From Eledone cirrhosa (Eukaryota): 64,000 bases of DNA. The DNA is taken from assembly GCA_964016885.1 (NCBI GenBank), contig OZ024742.1, positions 133,734,001 to 133,798,000 on the forward strand. The letters are read 5' to 3'. The notes beneath the pieces are model-generated. The model was not told the DNA's origin and made no database searches. It worked only from the letters and a program-made list of their open reading frames with translations. Below, piece by piece: positions 42,631 through 58,143 of the stretch (the stretch's first letter is position 1; each line of letters starts with the position of its first letter). A program made the translations under genes and the position numbers.

Positions 42631-42951
42631 ATATATATATATATAAAGGCGTGAGGCTGAGTGGTTATATATGTGAAGGCGCGTGGCTGAGTGGTTAGAG
42701 AATAGGATTAGCAATCGTGAGGTCTTGATTTCGATTCCCGGACCAGGGGTTGCATTATGACATTAAGCAATACACTATATGTCATGTAAGTCCTTCTATC
42801 TATACCTGCAACCGACATATAGTATTAGCAATTGGAAAGACCAACGGAACCATTGTATCCTCGGTCCGATTTGATGAGCTCCACCCCACTTGTTTAGCGA
42901 ATGAGGTGTTTGGATCTTGTCGATCGATTCTCTCTCTCTCTCTCTCTCTCC

Positions 42952-42988
<37 letters not shown>

Positions 42989-43542
42989 CGTGTGTGCCTG
43001 TATGTGTGTGTGTGTGTGTGTGCGTGTGTGTGTGTGTGTGAGTGTGTGCTATTCTGTATGCACGTATATTTCTAGTATTTTTAAAAGATTACTAAGATTC
43101 TATACATTACAAGAGTGGTGACGATTTAAATATTAGATTATATACGGATGGATATATAAATGGATAAACTTAATAAGAATTAGTGTTTTCTTTCCTTGAA
43201 AACGTATATACGTAGACGTTTACGCACACTCATACTCCTACGCACATACATGCGCAGGCGCGCGTTCATGGTTACAATCTCGGTGCAGTATTTCAGTGTC
43301 TTTTAGACGCTGGCTATTAATTTACTGGTGAAGTCAGCATTGAAGAATTGATTGTGACCCACAGCGAGGTAGTACTAAGGCCATCATGGGTTCCTTCCCG
43401 TTAACTGGCTGAAAATGATAAGTAACTCTGAAGTGAGTATGATTATATTGAAAATTTTTATTCATATGTGAATAATCCTCACAAATACCAGGGTTTGTTT
43501 TAGTCTGAGAAGCAACGCAGTATATTTGAATAACTAAGGTCG

Positions 43543-43728
43543 GTGGATTGGCAGTATCGATAGAGGGTCTGACACCATGCTTTGCACAAAGAGTTACAGC
43601 CCTTTATGGTCTGAGTTCAAATCCCGCCGAGGCTAACTTTACTTTCATCGTTACGGGGTCGATACAATAAAGTACCAGTAATACACTGGGATAATTGCTG
43701 GCCTTCTGCCAAAAGTAGAAACAATTAT
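43543..43728 (+). mobile_element. ~190-bp SINE with probable target-site duplication
   Basis: SINE consensus; TATATTTGAATAACTAA occurs at both 43521 and 43726. Confidence 0.9.
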
Positions 43729-45968
43729 ATTTGAATAACTAAAATGCTAGTTATTAATTTAGTTGACAAGTCAACGTTACAATCTGCGGAGTAGCAGGTC
43801 GAGTAACATCAAAGTGGGCTGCGCAGGAATCCATACGAGGGCTACCAGAAGCTTTTCAGCTCAGTTATGAATGAGCCACAACTCATTCTTGGATTGTGAC
43901 GCTATTTTTGCCAAGTATCGTCTTCTGATATTTAGCCACAATTAAATTTTAAATATGCAAGCGTAACTACAGTTGTGGTAATTCACTCTCGATAATATGT
44001 AACGTTTCTAATTTTTTTTTTATGTAAGAGATGTTTGAGTACATGAAAATATAACTTAGTAGTAGCCGCTACGTAAGGGAGGAATTATTGACTACTGCTT
44101 ATAGTTAAAGTGATACTCTTATTAATCGAGTTATTCCCTGTCAGTTAACATGTCCTTGTCATCATTATGCGCATTTCATGAAATGAATAACATTTGGAAA
44201 TCCAGTTTCAAACAACCTGTTTCAAACAACAATAGAGCCTATCTTTCCCTATGAGTCTGAGACTGGGACTTTGTACTCTTGCCTACAATGATATTTAGAT
44301 GGATGTTGCACCACTATTCAGAGAAAGACACAAAATATTCCTTGCCGAACACAACCCATGCTTAATCAGATATGGAAAAATATTTAAATTACGTGCACGA
44401 CATATTGAACGACGTACAACATTTGCAGGTTACTCCGTCTGCAAAAGATAAGATGTTTTCAGACTTTTTGTAGATCTCCTTCATCAGAAAGCTCAGATAC
44501 GAGGATGGCATAGCAAGTGACACTAGAATTGACTAGGACAATTGACATACAAACGTTGATAGAAAACAGATTTGTCGTGAGGTTGTTCTTGCTCTCTCAC
44601 CCAAGTGTGTTGGGTGTATATAAGATACGTTTATTTTATATGAGATATGTTTATTTTAACCGTGACATATCTTCACCTGTACATTTGATTTATCTCTATT
44701 GCGATTTATATAAAGTGTCGAATTATTGAATAGTCACATTCTGTGTTTCTTTAATGGTTATAAAACATCAGAACCAATCAGAACCATTACGATTAATATG
44801 GTACTGCTTATTACATTGAGTAATCGATACATCGTAGTTTCTCTCGCCTATCCTCTCTGTATGCTCTGGTTATTCCACTGAAATGTGACAATTGTTGATT
44901 TACATACTCACCTAATTGTTAAGATTCTTCGTTCTGGATCGTAATGCCACCAGTTGGATTCCAGGTTGCTGCGTTGTGTTCTTGGAGAAAAAATACATTA
45001 TTTAACATGTTTACATTACATACGGCAAATAGTTATTACCGGCAGCAGCTGGACTGACAAACCTTCGATTGAGCAGTATGCGGTCCAGGTAGATCATTGT
45101 ACTCTCAATCGCTTAAATTTATGAACACCAGCGATAATCACAGGCCTGGTGAGCCTTAGAACAGGATTTATATTAACTTTATGCAACGTTTCTAGATAAA
45201 CATATACTCAGATGGGTGTTCCGAACATACAGAAAAATATATGTCTACAGAGGCACAAAAGGGGATACCACTGCACTTAGCCAAATTGTCACCGTTCAGG
45301 CGTGTATCATGCCATATCGTTACGCAAACATTATGGGTTCTGGGTGTAAATAGATAGGAAACAGTTTAGGAGTGGGTGACCGAATGTATGCATGCATTCA
45401 ATTTGAGTATAACGTGAACAGAGAGGTAAACATTTAATTTCCGTATGATGTGGCCAGAGAGTTAAACACTTGGGTCAAAGGGAGAATATACAGAATGATG
45501 GTGGAAACAGTAGGGTTATGGTTGATGTGATGGGCGGCAGCTATAAAAAATAAAGATCTTTGTAAATCCATTGCTTTTGACAGTTGGGCAGGTACATCGT
45601 CTCTAGTGTTCAGAGGCCAAACGGCCATCCGGTTAAATACTGGTGAGAAGGAACGTGTAGGTTCCACTTTCAATTATCCAATGCATTGAAATGTCATTAT
45701 GACTGAACGACTGAAGTTGTTGGTGGATGGACATTCATTATTTGCTAACTTATCTGGTAAATTATGGTAAACTTAAGGTAACTAATTGCGTCAACCACTG
45801 AAGCCTGTGTTTGTTTGGGCACATATAACGTGGCACTAGAAGGGGGTGTAGTATTTCATCTAGGGGGTGCCCTTCCATAATATACAGTTGCACTGCAGTC
45901 CACTTGGGCCCCTCAATGATCCTGGGTGCGTAGACTAGGATGTTAATTGTAAGCCATGCGAGTTGTAG

Positions 45969-46051
<83 letters not shown>

Positions 46052-46239
46052 ATATATATATATATATAGAGAGAGATAGATAAATATACACGGGTGTGTA
46101 TGATTGTGTATAGAAGATTATATTAATAAGAGGAATTCCAACTTTGTCTGATTTACTCGTTTTATTTACAATCCTTTAAAATTTATAATGGTATTATAAT
46201 GAAATAGTATGGTAGAATATTAAATGCTAAGTGTTAATT

Positions 46240-46276
46240 GAACAAGTACTTTCATGCTTTCGCAATCTTCAGGTTC
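46240..46276 (-). ncRNA. Minimal type I hammerhead (left arm)
   Basis: Minus strand GAAC-CTGAAGA-T-TGC gaaa GCA-T-GAAA-GTAC-TT-GTTC. Confidence 0.85.
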
Positions 46277-46870
46277 ATAATGTGTGGTAACAGTCAAGTT
46301 TGCAATTTTCAACTGTAATGAGATGCGTAAATGTTGTACCTTATATACAGTGAAAAGTGGCTCCAGAATGCTAAATTTGCAAACTGTATTTCGACCAATC
46401 GGTGTGTAGTTTCACTGAGTTACTAAAGCTGATTGGTTTAAGCGTCACGGTTGGTTGAGCATGTCTAACGACCAATAATTGATCCTATCTAAAGCATCAA
46501 TTGTTTTGCTATTTTTAGAAATGATGAACATAACATTTTCTAGTAATCATCAATTTCAGAGTCAGGTTCAATCATTACATCAATCGTGCCTCGAGCTGAT
46601 CGCTAGAGAATGATATTTTCATCATTTCTAAAAATAGCAAAACAATTGATGCTTTGGATAGGATCAATTATTCGTCGTTAGACATGCTCAACCAACCGTG
46701 ACGCTTAAACCAATCAGCTTTAGTAATTCAGTGAAACTACACACCGATTGGTCGAAATACAGTTTGCAAGCTTTAGAATTCTGGAGCCACTTTTCACTGT
46801 TTATAAGGTACACAATTTACCCATCTCATTATAGTTGAAAATTGCAAACTTGACTGTCACCACACATTAT

Positions 46871-46907
46871 GAACCTGAAGATTGCGAAAGCATGAAAGTA
46901 CTTGTTC
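46871..46907 (+). ncRNA. Minimal type I hammerhead (right arm)
   Basis: GAAC-CTGAAGA-T-TGC gaaa GCA-T-GAAA-GTAC-TT-GTTC; GNRA-capped stem II, palindromic stem III. Confidence 0.85.
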
Positions 46908-47055
46908 AATTAACACTTAACATTTAATATTCTATCATACTATTTCATTATAATGCCATTATAAATTTTAAAGGATTGTAAATAAAACGAGTAAATCAGA
47001 CAAAGTTGGAATTCCTGTTATTAATATATATATATATATATAGAAAGAGCGAGAA

Positions 47056-47057
<2 letters not shown>

Positions 47058-47154
<97 letters not shown>

Positions 47155-47167
47155 GATAGATAGATAT
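47058..47167. repeat. (GATA)n microsatellite
   Basis: Direct reading. Confidence 0.95.
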
Positions 47168-47430
47168 AGATATGTAGATATATAATGCATGTAGTTTCTT
47201 ATTTAGGGATATTTAAGCTCGTGATTGAATCACGTTTCCTAGAGTGGTCTTTGTCTTATGACTGATGTTTGATTGTAGGGGTATAATTTAGCTGCAGTTG
47301 GGATCTGATACAAACAAAGAAACTCACACAAACACGCGCGCACACACAGATACGCGCGCGCGCGCGCACAGGCAGGGGGAAACACACACACATGCATATA
47401 TATATATGTGTGTATTTATCAATCGAGTCG

Positions 47431-47542
47431 TATCTGACGACCTTGCGATTTCAGAGTCAGGTCCAATCATTACATCAATCGTGCCTCGAGCTGATCGCTA
47501 GAGAAACGATTGTAATATGTCTATTAAATTTTATTCGTCGCA
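47431..47542 (+). ncRNA. HHR-like motif, same family as 34587-34699
   Basis: CTGACGA-CCTTGCGAT...ATCGCTAGA-GAAA-CGA...TCG-TC; stem I poorly paired. Confidence 0.55.
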
Positions 47543-47590
47543 GCACTGATTCTCCGTTTCTTATGTGATATATAAATATATATATGTATA

Positions 47591-47681
<91 letters not shown>

Positions 47682-47683
<2 letters not shown>

Positions 47684-48195
47684 GTCTCCTCTGTGTCACT
47701 TTTGCGCTGACTTTTGGGATGCTCCCATACAGCTCTGAGTTTTTCATCCTCAGTGTATACTGATTAATGTTCAGAGCCATCCTCAGCATTCTAGTGTAGC
47801 ACCCATCCACCCTCTGGGTGAGTTTCTTGGTCAGTGTCCAAGTCTCAGACCCATACAGCACCACAGACTCCACTACAGCAATGAAAAGGCGGACTTCCAG
47901 GTCTCTACGAAGGTCCGACTTCCACACCGATCTCAAGTTGTGGCACAGAGGAGACTGAGGTTAGCTGGACATGCTCACCGACATCCAGACTTGACATTGC
48001 ACTCAGTGCTCCTTTGGGAGCCCCTACATGGACACAATAGAAGAGGAAGACCAAGGTTAACGTATGTTGATACCCAAAGGACAGACACTGGTCTGTTGGA
48101 GACGCAGGACATGGCAGCGATAATGAGGGACAGAGACCGCTGGAGAGAACTCGTCCATGGATCTCAGGAATTTTACCCGCCTTAGATAGATAGAT
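47682..48195. mobile_element. RTE-type LINE 3' end with 5' inversion
   Basis: Minus ORF ...VESVVLYGSETWTLT..DGCYTRMLRMALNI..KVTQRR (47682-47938) continues in plus ORF VAQRRLRLAGH..RRGRPRLTY..DRDRWRELV (47939-48185); (TAGA)n tail. Confidence 0.9.
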
Positions 48196-48228
48196 ATATA
48201 TCTGTTATTTTAATAAATATATATATAT

Positions 48229-48317
<89 letters not shown>

Positions 48318-48526
48318 TCGACTTGTTTGTATGCTGTATTGTTATGGCAACATGCTTTTGGTCGCTTCATTCTTGGTTTCACAATTTATAAATTTTCGTA
48401 TTACATGGGTGAAAACGTACAACGACAGACATGAAGTTTTTGTGACTACCTCAAACAATTCAATTGGTGTCTGCTATACTGCGGATATAATTTCGATTTA
48501 TAATCATTATTATATGTATATATAAA

Positions 48527-48730
48527 TGGTGGTGGATGGTCAGGCGCCATGCTTTGCAACATAGAGTTAAAGCCCTTTATAATCTGAGTTCAAATCTCAC
48601 CGAGGTTAACTTTGCCTTTCATCCTTACAGGGTCGATAAAATAAAAGTACCAGTACCGCACTGATGTCGATTTAATTGACGTTCTCCTCTCCCAAAATTG
48701 CTGGCCTTGTACCTATATCAGAAACCATTA
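48527..48730 (+). mobile_element. ~190-bp SINE variant
   Basis: GAGTTCAAATCTCACCGAGGTTAACTTTGCCTTTCATCC...GGGTCGATAAAATAAAAGTACCAGT. Confidence 0.85.
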
Positions 48731-48753
48731 TATATATATACACACACACACAC

Positions 48754-48813
<60 letters not shown>

Positions 48814-48933
48814 TTTGAAAGTTAGCCGTTTATTTACAAACGAATCGAACATTATTATCAATATTGGATATAACCCATACATACATATGCATATGTATAT
48901 ATGTGTGTGTATATATATGAATATATATATATA

Positions 48934-49548
48934 GTGTTTATAATTTACAGGAAACATAAATGTAGACTTAGACTGTTCCTCTCTTCAGTTGTTTGCTGCG
49001 GGTCTCACATACTTCGACGCATATTCCGACACGGTAATAACTTTGAAATTTATTAGGGGAAGATAAGACAAAAGAGTGACCGTAGCAAAAAGAAATAAAA
49101 AGAGAGAAAAAAAATAACTGAGGGGAGAGAGGGCGAAGTTAGTAAAGGAAGCTAGTAAAGGAAGTTAGTAAAGGAAGTAAGTAAAGGAAGTTAGTAAAGG
49201 AAGTTAGTAAAGGAAGTTAGTAAAGGAAGCTAGTAAAGGAAGTTAGTAAAGGAAGTAAGTAAAGGAAGTAAGTAAAGGAAGTTAGTAAAAGAAGTTAGTA
49301 AAGGAAATTAGTAAAGGAAGTAATTAAAGGAAGTTAGTAAAGGAAGTTAGTAAAAGAAGCATCTTATTAATTGCGAGAGGGTGAATAGAAACACGTCTGA
49401 TTTTGGCAAGAACGGGCGTGAGAGTTGAAAGAAAATTGAAAGGGACCGAAACAGACAACTGCTGCGGATCTAAGAAGACCCACAGCATACAACTGACGAG
49501 GGGAACTGTCTATCTCTATGTTTGTGTTTCCTTTACTTTCTAAACACT
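48934..49548. mobile_element. Element with ~70-bp imperfect terminal inverted repeats enclosing a minisatellite
   Basis: 48934-49005 (AGGAAACATAAATGTAGA..TAGACTGTTCCTCTCTTCAGTTGTTTGCTGCGGGTCT) vs 49476-49548 (AGACCCACAGCATACAACTGACGAGGGGAACTGTCTA..TTTCCT). Confidence 0.7.
49135..49359. repeat. 13-bp minisatellite (TTAGTAAAGGAAG)n, about 17 copies
   Basis: Direct reading. Confidence 0.95.
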
Positions 49549-50342
49549 CATTATTAGTAGACAGACAACAACTTGGCCTTTTAATTAAAAAGATATAGAA
49601 ATGTATTTCTCTTTCTGAAAAATATCTGTAAATTAGAACATTAACATTCTCTAAGGAAACTCAAATTAATGTATATTTTCTGCCTCTTATTAAAAGAAAA
49701 AAAAAAAGAAAACACAATAGATGAGGGATGAAAATAGCTCCTCCATAAGAAGTTCAATAATTAAGATTGTCTGCCACACTCAGACAGTATAACCTGTGTT
49801 TGAGGCAGATATATTATTATCAGATATTGTGCATAACTATCTGCGTTCATGGCACAATGCCTAATAATCATATTTCTCCGTTAAAGATAATTTGGAGTAA
49901 AATAAATTTTTGGTTATATAAACAAATCTGGACGAACGTTAGGTTATGTGTAGGTTAAATGCACTTAATGATATTTGAAATTATAGGATAATTCTGCGAA
50001 AATCAATTCAGCAAATCTTTCTTTAAAGAAATTCAGCAATTTTGAAAATGTCAAGCGACTAATTTCATTACTAATATTTGGTAGTCGCTATATTATAGAA
50101 GAGACTACTGTATTTAACTGACGAAAATTTGCTTTGAACTAGTTGTTATTGAATTCAATGCTTCAAGCTAACAAAGCAGTCGCATATTGAATGTTCTCAG
50201 GTACACACAGCAATGATGTCGTCTTGTCGTCTTGCCATACCTTACCATTGCTTACACATAAACATACATACATAGGAGCACACACACGTATACATATATA
50301 TATATATATGTATACGTGTGTGTGCTCCTATGTATGTATGTT

Positions 50343-52906
<2,564 letters not shown>

Positions 52907-53140
52907 CATATATATATATACATAAATATATTCAAAAATATATCGTAACAATAACAAACGAGAAGACTAGAATCCCGTTAAGGGTGAAAGCAGCAATTAT
53001 TTGCTTAAACTTTAATCTGTTATTTTAATAAATATACAAATATTTATAAAGATATATCGTTTCTGAATTGAAGTGAAAGCAACTGGTGCGTGTGTTTCTT
53101 ATTGGCAACATGACCCTCCCAAAGTATAACAATATAAAGA

Positions 53141-55995
53141 TATATATATATATATATATATAAGTTTACGATTCTGTGTGTCCGCCTAAAACTACCAAAC
53201 TACCGGACCAAACTCCTCAAAATTACATGGACATATTCACTATACACTCGGACAGGTAACGGTCGAAAAGGTTTTACTTTGCAAAGCAAGGAATTCATTT
53301 AAATTCAATTTATCTTATTTTCTAATGAATATCAAAACAGATAATCCATTTTGTTTTTTTATGTTCTCCAGTTTGTAGTGAGGGATGGGAGAGAGAAAGT
53401 GAGAGAGTAAGGGATGAGAGAGAAAGAGAGAGAGTGAGAGGATGGGAGAGAGAGAGAGTAAGGGGATGTGAGAGAGAAAGAGAGTTAGGGATGAGTGGGA
53501 AATGGGAGAGAGATAGTAAGGGATGTGAGAGAGGATGAAAGAGCGTAAGGGGTTGAGAGAGAAAGACGATGAAAGAGAGAGAGAGAAAGTAATCAGCGTT
53601 CTTAACTTTTATTTATTTATTATTTTTACACATCTTAACTCTCCCAATGTTATTTATCTTTTATTTAATTTTTGTTTGCTATTGTGTAGAGGATGAGTGA
53701 GAGAAAGAAAGAGAGGAGATGAGAAAGAGAAAGGGAGTGCGGCGGATGGGGAGAGAAAGAGAATAAGAAAATAGAAAATATGGGAGAGAGAAAGAAAAGT
53801 AAAGAGGCAGGAATGAGGGCGGGTGATTGGAGGGATTCTTTAACTAACTTATGTCCGCGTTTATATATATATTTAGACACACGTGTGATATTAGGCGTTC
53901 TTTAGCAGACGATATGTTACCATCAAAGCTTATTTTCTACATATGTCGAAAGAAATCACAGATGCTTTTATAGAAGTTGTATTTAACAGACAAAAAAAAA
54001 AAAACGATATTTTGAAAAGATATTATTTGAATATATTATTTTCCGCTGTTATTTGAATTAACACAGAAAATATTTTTTTTGAAGTGTTTGTCATTTTTTT
54101 GAAATCCCAATATTTTCTACATATGTCTAAAATTAATTACACATAATATACATTCATATAAAGAGATATTTTAAAACAACTTTACTGAGTGAACAATACA
54201 TTCTATCGTTGTTTCTATTTCTGAAAGAGTGTGGTGTGTAATAATTGTTTCTACTTTTGGCAATTATTCCAGTGCATTACTGGTACTTTATTTTATCATC
54301 TGGTGTGTAATAATAACACTTTAAATGCCTAGAAAACGTTCCAGATCATTATATAGAAGGTCATCTTCACAGGCTAAGAGAAAGAAAACACAGCGATCTG
54401 AAGATAGTGAAGAAGTTCCGCATGCCCGTCTAGCTGCTGACAGAGCTCACATAGCTTTAGCACGATCACATTGTTTGTATGAAAGGGAACAAAGGAGTGC
54501 TGCTACACGAGAACAACAAATTAAGGAACAGCAGCAAATAAGACGAAATGCTAATCAAGCACATCGTTCTACTGCCTGAGCAGGAGAACAACCCACAAGT
54601 AAAATGAACTGGCTGATGGGTGATTTTTCTTATGACCCCCAAAAGGACCACAGCAGTAATCCACAAATCAACATTGGGAAAATGAACAGATGCTGCCAGT
54701 ATTGTGGTGCCAAGAAGTGGGCAGCAGAAACACCAAGTTCATGTTGCTCAAAAGGCAAAGTGAGCCTTAAAACAATACAAGAACCTCCTGATTTTCTGAA
54801 GAATCTGCTCCTTCAGCATACACCTGAAGCAGGACACTTCAATAAATACATCATCAAATATAATTCTTCCTTTCAAATGACAACATCTTTTGGGGCTCTC
54901 AGGAATGTGACTGACTTTAGATAGATCTGTACAACTTATAACATTCAAGGACAGTGTTACCACTTAATGGGTGGCCTTCTGCCATTTTCACAGGAGCCTC
55001 ACAAATTTGTGCAGGTTTAATTCATGGGTGGAAATGAAACGCAGGCACAAAAAGCTGTACCAATATCTATGGTGGATTGCAGTTCTACATAGTCATAAAG
55101 TTACAAGAAATGCTTCACCAACATTACATGTACGTCAGTGTATTTAAATATGCACTGGAGAATATGAACAACACCAGAGATCGTAAAATCATCATTATGG
55201 CAGACAAACGCCCAGCTTCAGAAAATGAACGCAGATTCAATGCACCTGTCACTGACGAAGTTGCAATCATAATGGTTGATAAACAGCCTGAAATACGTGA
55301 CATTGTTTTGCAAAAACGAAGAGGACATTTGGAGCGATTTAATCAACTTTACCCTCCCCCCAATTTACTGGCCTTGCGCCTATATAAGAAACCATTATTT
55401 TATTTATGGTGAATTGGCAGTCTCGGTAGAGGGGCGGACATCATGCTTTAACGCATAGAGTTACGGCCCTTGCCTTTCCTAGTTCAAATCCCGCCAAGGT
55501 TAACTTTGCCTTTCATCCTGACGGGGTCGATAAAATAAAGTACCAGTAATGTACTGGGTAATTGGTGGCCTTGTGCCAATAGTAGAAACAATTATTTTAT
55601 TCATGTTTTTTTTTTAAATAGTCTTTACATGTTTGAATTTCAGAAGTTCAGATAGAGCAAAAAAAAGAAAAAAAGAAAGAAAAGGATAAATAAAAACATT
55701 CTAAATGTATTTTTTGGGTCATGCCTTGACAACATATCTAATGATTCATCTATGAGTAAAGCATTATATATGCTGACTGTAATAAGGAAGAGTATTCAAA
55801 ACATAACCACTGGAAAATACTAATATGTTTATCTAGATGATTTAATTCGACCAAACGGCAATAAATATTCTGCTATAATTCCTACTTTGGTTAAAATTCA
55901 GCAATCATATTTGAACGCTCAAATATTTTGTAACGTGTGCCAAATATATTGTAACTTTCATAAAATACCCAGGTATCACCGGGTAGCTCAGCTAG
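53141..55995 (+). mobile_element. Internally deleted Helitron
   Basis: Rep N-terminal motifs IGKMNRCCQYCGAKKWAAETPSSCCSKGKV, YNSSFQMT.SFGA (54604-54924) and RRFNAPVTDEVAIIMV (55077-55340); 3' hairpin TACCCaGGT atc ACCGGGTA (55966-55985) followed by CTAG|T at 55992-55996; 5' boundary approximate. Confidence 0.85.
55345..55596 (+). mobile_element. SINE 3' fragment plus full SINE nested in the Helitron
   Basis: SINE consensus at 55406-55596, preceded by a SINE tail at 55345-55400. Confidence 0.85.
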
Positions 55996-56095
55996 TGTAT
56001 GTATATGTGTGTATGTGTGTATGATGGTAGCTAAGATGCTTCCATAGGTAGTATGCCGTTTGACCACTCTATGCTCTTACAGAGCAGAGTGTGAT

Positions 56096-56180
56096 AGAAT
56101 AGAAAACGAAAAATCAGTGGTGAATCTGACCTCAATAAATTGAGGTCAGATACATCACTGATTTTTCGTTTTCTATTCTC
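56096..56180. repeat. 85-bp hairpin
   Basis: AGAATAGAAAACGAAAAATCAGTGGTGAATCTGACCTCAAT aa ATTGAGGTCAGATACATCACTGATTTTTCGTTTTCTATTCT. Confidence 0.9.
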
Positions 56181-56197
56181 TCTCTCTCTATATATAT

Positions 56198-57145
56198 ATA
56201 TATATCATAAAATATGTCTTTAGAATCACTAGATATAATATATACCAATTCCTCTCCCAATTAGTATAATTAACCATATAAAAAATCAATTAGACCAAGC
56301 TCTTATAGATTGGTCTAATTGATTTTTTATATGGGTAATTATACTAATTCGGAGAGGAATTAGTATATATTATATCTAGTGATTCTAAAGACATATGTTA
56401 TGATATATAGCTCTGATTATTTAATTTATTAATTCATCATTGAGCCACAACGTGACCAGTTGCAAAACACACATATATATATATCTATGACTTTATATAT
56501 ATATATAAATCTGTATATGTAATAATCTCCCGTTAGGTTGAGATACAATTTGGCGGTATTAGGCTGCGTTTTCTAGCCTACCCGCCGTAAGCAACTAATC
56601 ACATACTTTCTAACTTGACCGCTGCCACGTCACGATTCTTAGCCATTTTTGAATGTATTTTTTGCGCGATCACTTTGGAAAATTAAATGTCTTATTTTGA
56701 GCTCGCTCCTGATGATTCCGAAGCTCTGGACATTCCATGTTATCGGATGTCTTAAAATACGGGCGAAACCATGGTAGAGGTAATTTAGGTATGTACGCAA
56801 TTCTTCTAAGTTCAATTTTACACCTAATTGTCTTTAGTTGACGGTATATCTGGTCGATTTTTACATGCTGTCGAAATGTCAGATAAATACTCTATTATAA
56901 CCACCGCGAAGGGGCTGCTTTCGGATATTTGTCGGAGATTTCTTCATAGGAGCCTTTATTCTTATAGCTTGGTCTAATTGATTTTTTATACTAATTGGGA
57001 GAGGAACTGCTATATATTATATCTAGTGATACTAAAGACATTTTATGATATATAGTTTAGATTATTTAATTTATTAATTTTTCATTGAGCCACAACGTGA
57101 CCAGTTGCAAAACACACATATATATCTATGACTTTATATATATAT
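56198..57145 (+). mobile_element. ~660-bp partial tandem non-coding unit with HHR and 5' fold-back
   Basis: 56198-56298 is inverted against 56310-56410; 56310-56505 is directly repeated at 56970-57145. Confidence 0.82.
56706..56779 (+). ncRNA. Type I hammerhead
   Basis: CTC-CTGATGA-T-TCCG...GGACATTC...GGATGTCT...CGGG-C-GAAA-CCATGG-TA-GAG. Confidence 0.82.
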
Positions 57146-57968
57146 GTTTAAGTAAGTACGGCACTTATTTAAATATAAGTATGCATGTATACATACACAC
57201 ATATATGTATACAGACGTACAGTAGTATGTATAAATATACATACATGCACACACATATCCATATATATGCACGTATCGGTTTACCGAACAATTATTATAA
57301 TGCTCGGTTTGTTTGGTAATCAGATAGTAATTAATGACTATCTTACTGGTAATCAGATAGTAATTAATGACTATCTTTCACTATTTAGGGTTTAAGTAAG
57401 TACGTCACTTATTTAAATATAAGTATGCATGTATACATACACACATATATGTATACAGACGTACAGTAGTATGTATAAATATACATACATGCACACACAT
57501 ATACATATATATGCACGTATCGGTTTACCGAACATTTATTATAATGCTCGGTTTGTTTGTTTGTAAACAAACAAACAGCCCGAATTACGCCGTACAGTGT
57601 TTAGGCAACCACGTCCCCTTTTTGTTCAAAACTTTCGGTGCGCCCAGCTGACTGAACTCACTCGATATGCAAATTAGGCTGCTCAGCCGTTAATATGCAT
57701 AAGGAAAATATATACTTTCAGACGTTCAACCATCTGGCAGGAAGGTATAATAATTATAATAATTGTTCGGTAAACCGATACGTGCATATATATATATATA
57801 TATGTGCCTGTATATATATATATATATATATACATACTACTACTGTACGTCTGTCTACATATAAGTATGTACGTATACATACATACATACATTTATATAT
57901 CTCTATATCTCTATATAACTGCTCTGTAAAACAACCGATGTTATTACATTGAGCTATTTATCTTACTG

Positions 57969-58076
57969 GTAATCAGATAGTAATTAATGACTATCTTTCA
58001 CTATTTAGGGTTTGTATAAAAAATATATAACCATAAAAGGTTTTATTACATACATAACCATGAATAGGATCCTTAA

Positions 58077-58080
<4 letters not shown>
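57969..58080 (-). ncRNA. Degenerate hammerhead remnant
   Basis: Minus strand GTA-TTAAGGA-T-cCTATT...AATAG-T-GAAA-GATAGT cattaatt ACTATC-TG-ATTAC; core and cleavage site mutated. Confidence 0.4.

Positions 58081-58143
<63 letters not shown>

Larger units (their letters stand above)
46121..47025. mobile_element. ~900-bp fold-back of a PLE-type tail (arms ~46121-46549 and ~46597-47025)
   Basis: Arms are reverse-complementary over ~430 bp and each holds one HHR. Confidence 0.9.

Noticed and set aside
42678-42748. tRNA gene
   Set aside because: A/B-box-like head runs into a SINE body and gives no good cloverleaf; tRNA-derived SINE head
43830-45760. Tc1/mariner-like remnants (TACGAGGG at 43833; GGNSRVMV-like frame near 45500)
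   Set aside because: Too degraded; no paired TIRs or DDE triad readable
49135-49359. Regular repeat as CRISPR or telomeric array
   Set aside because: No unique spacers and the unit is a 13-mer, not TTAGGG; ordinary minisatellite
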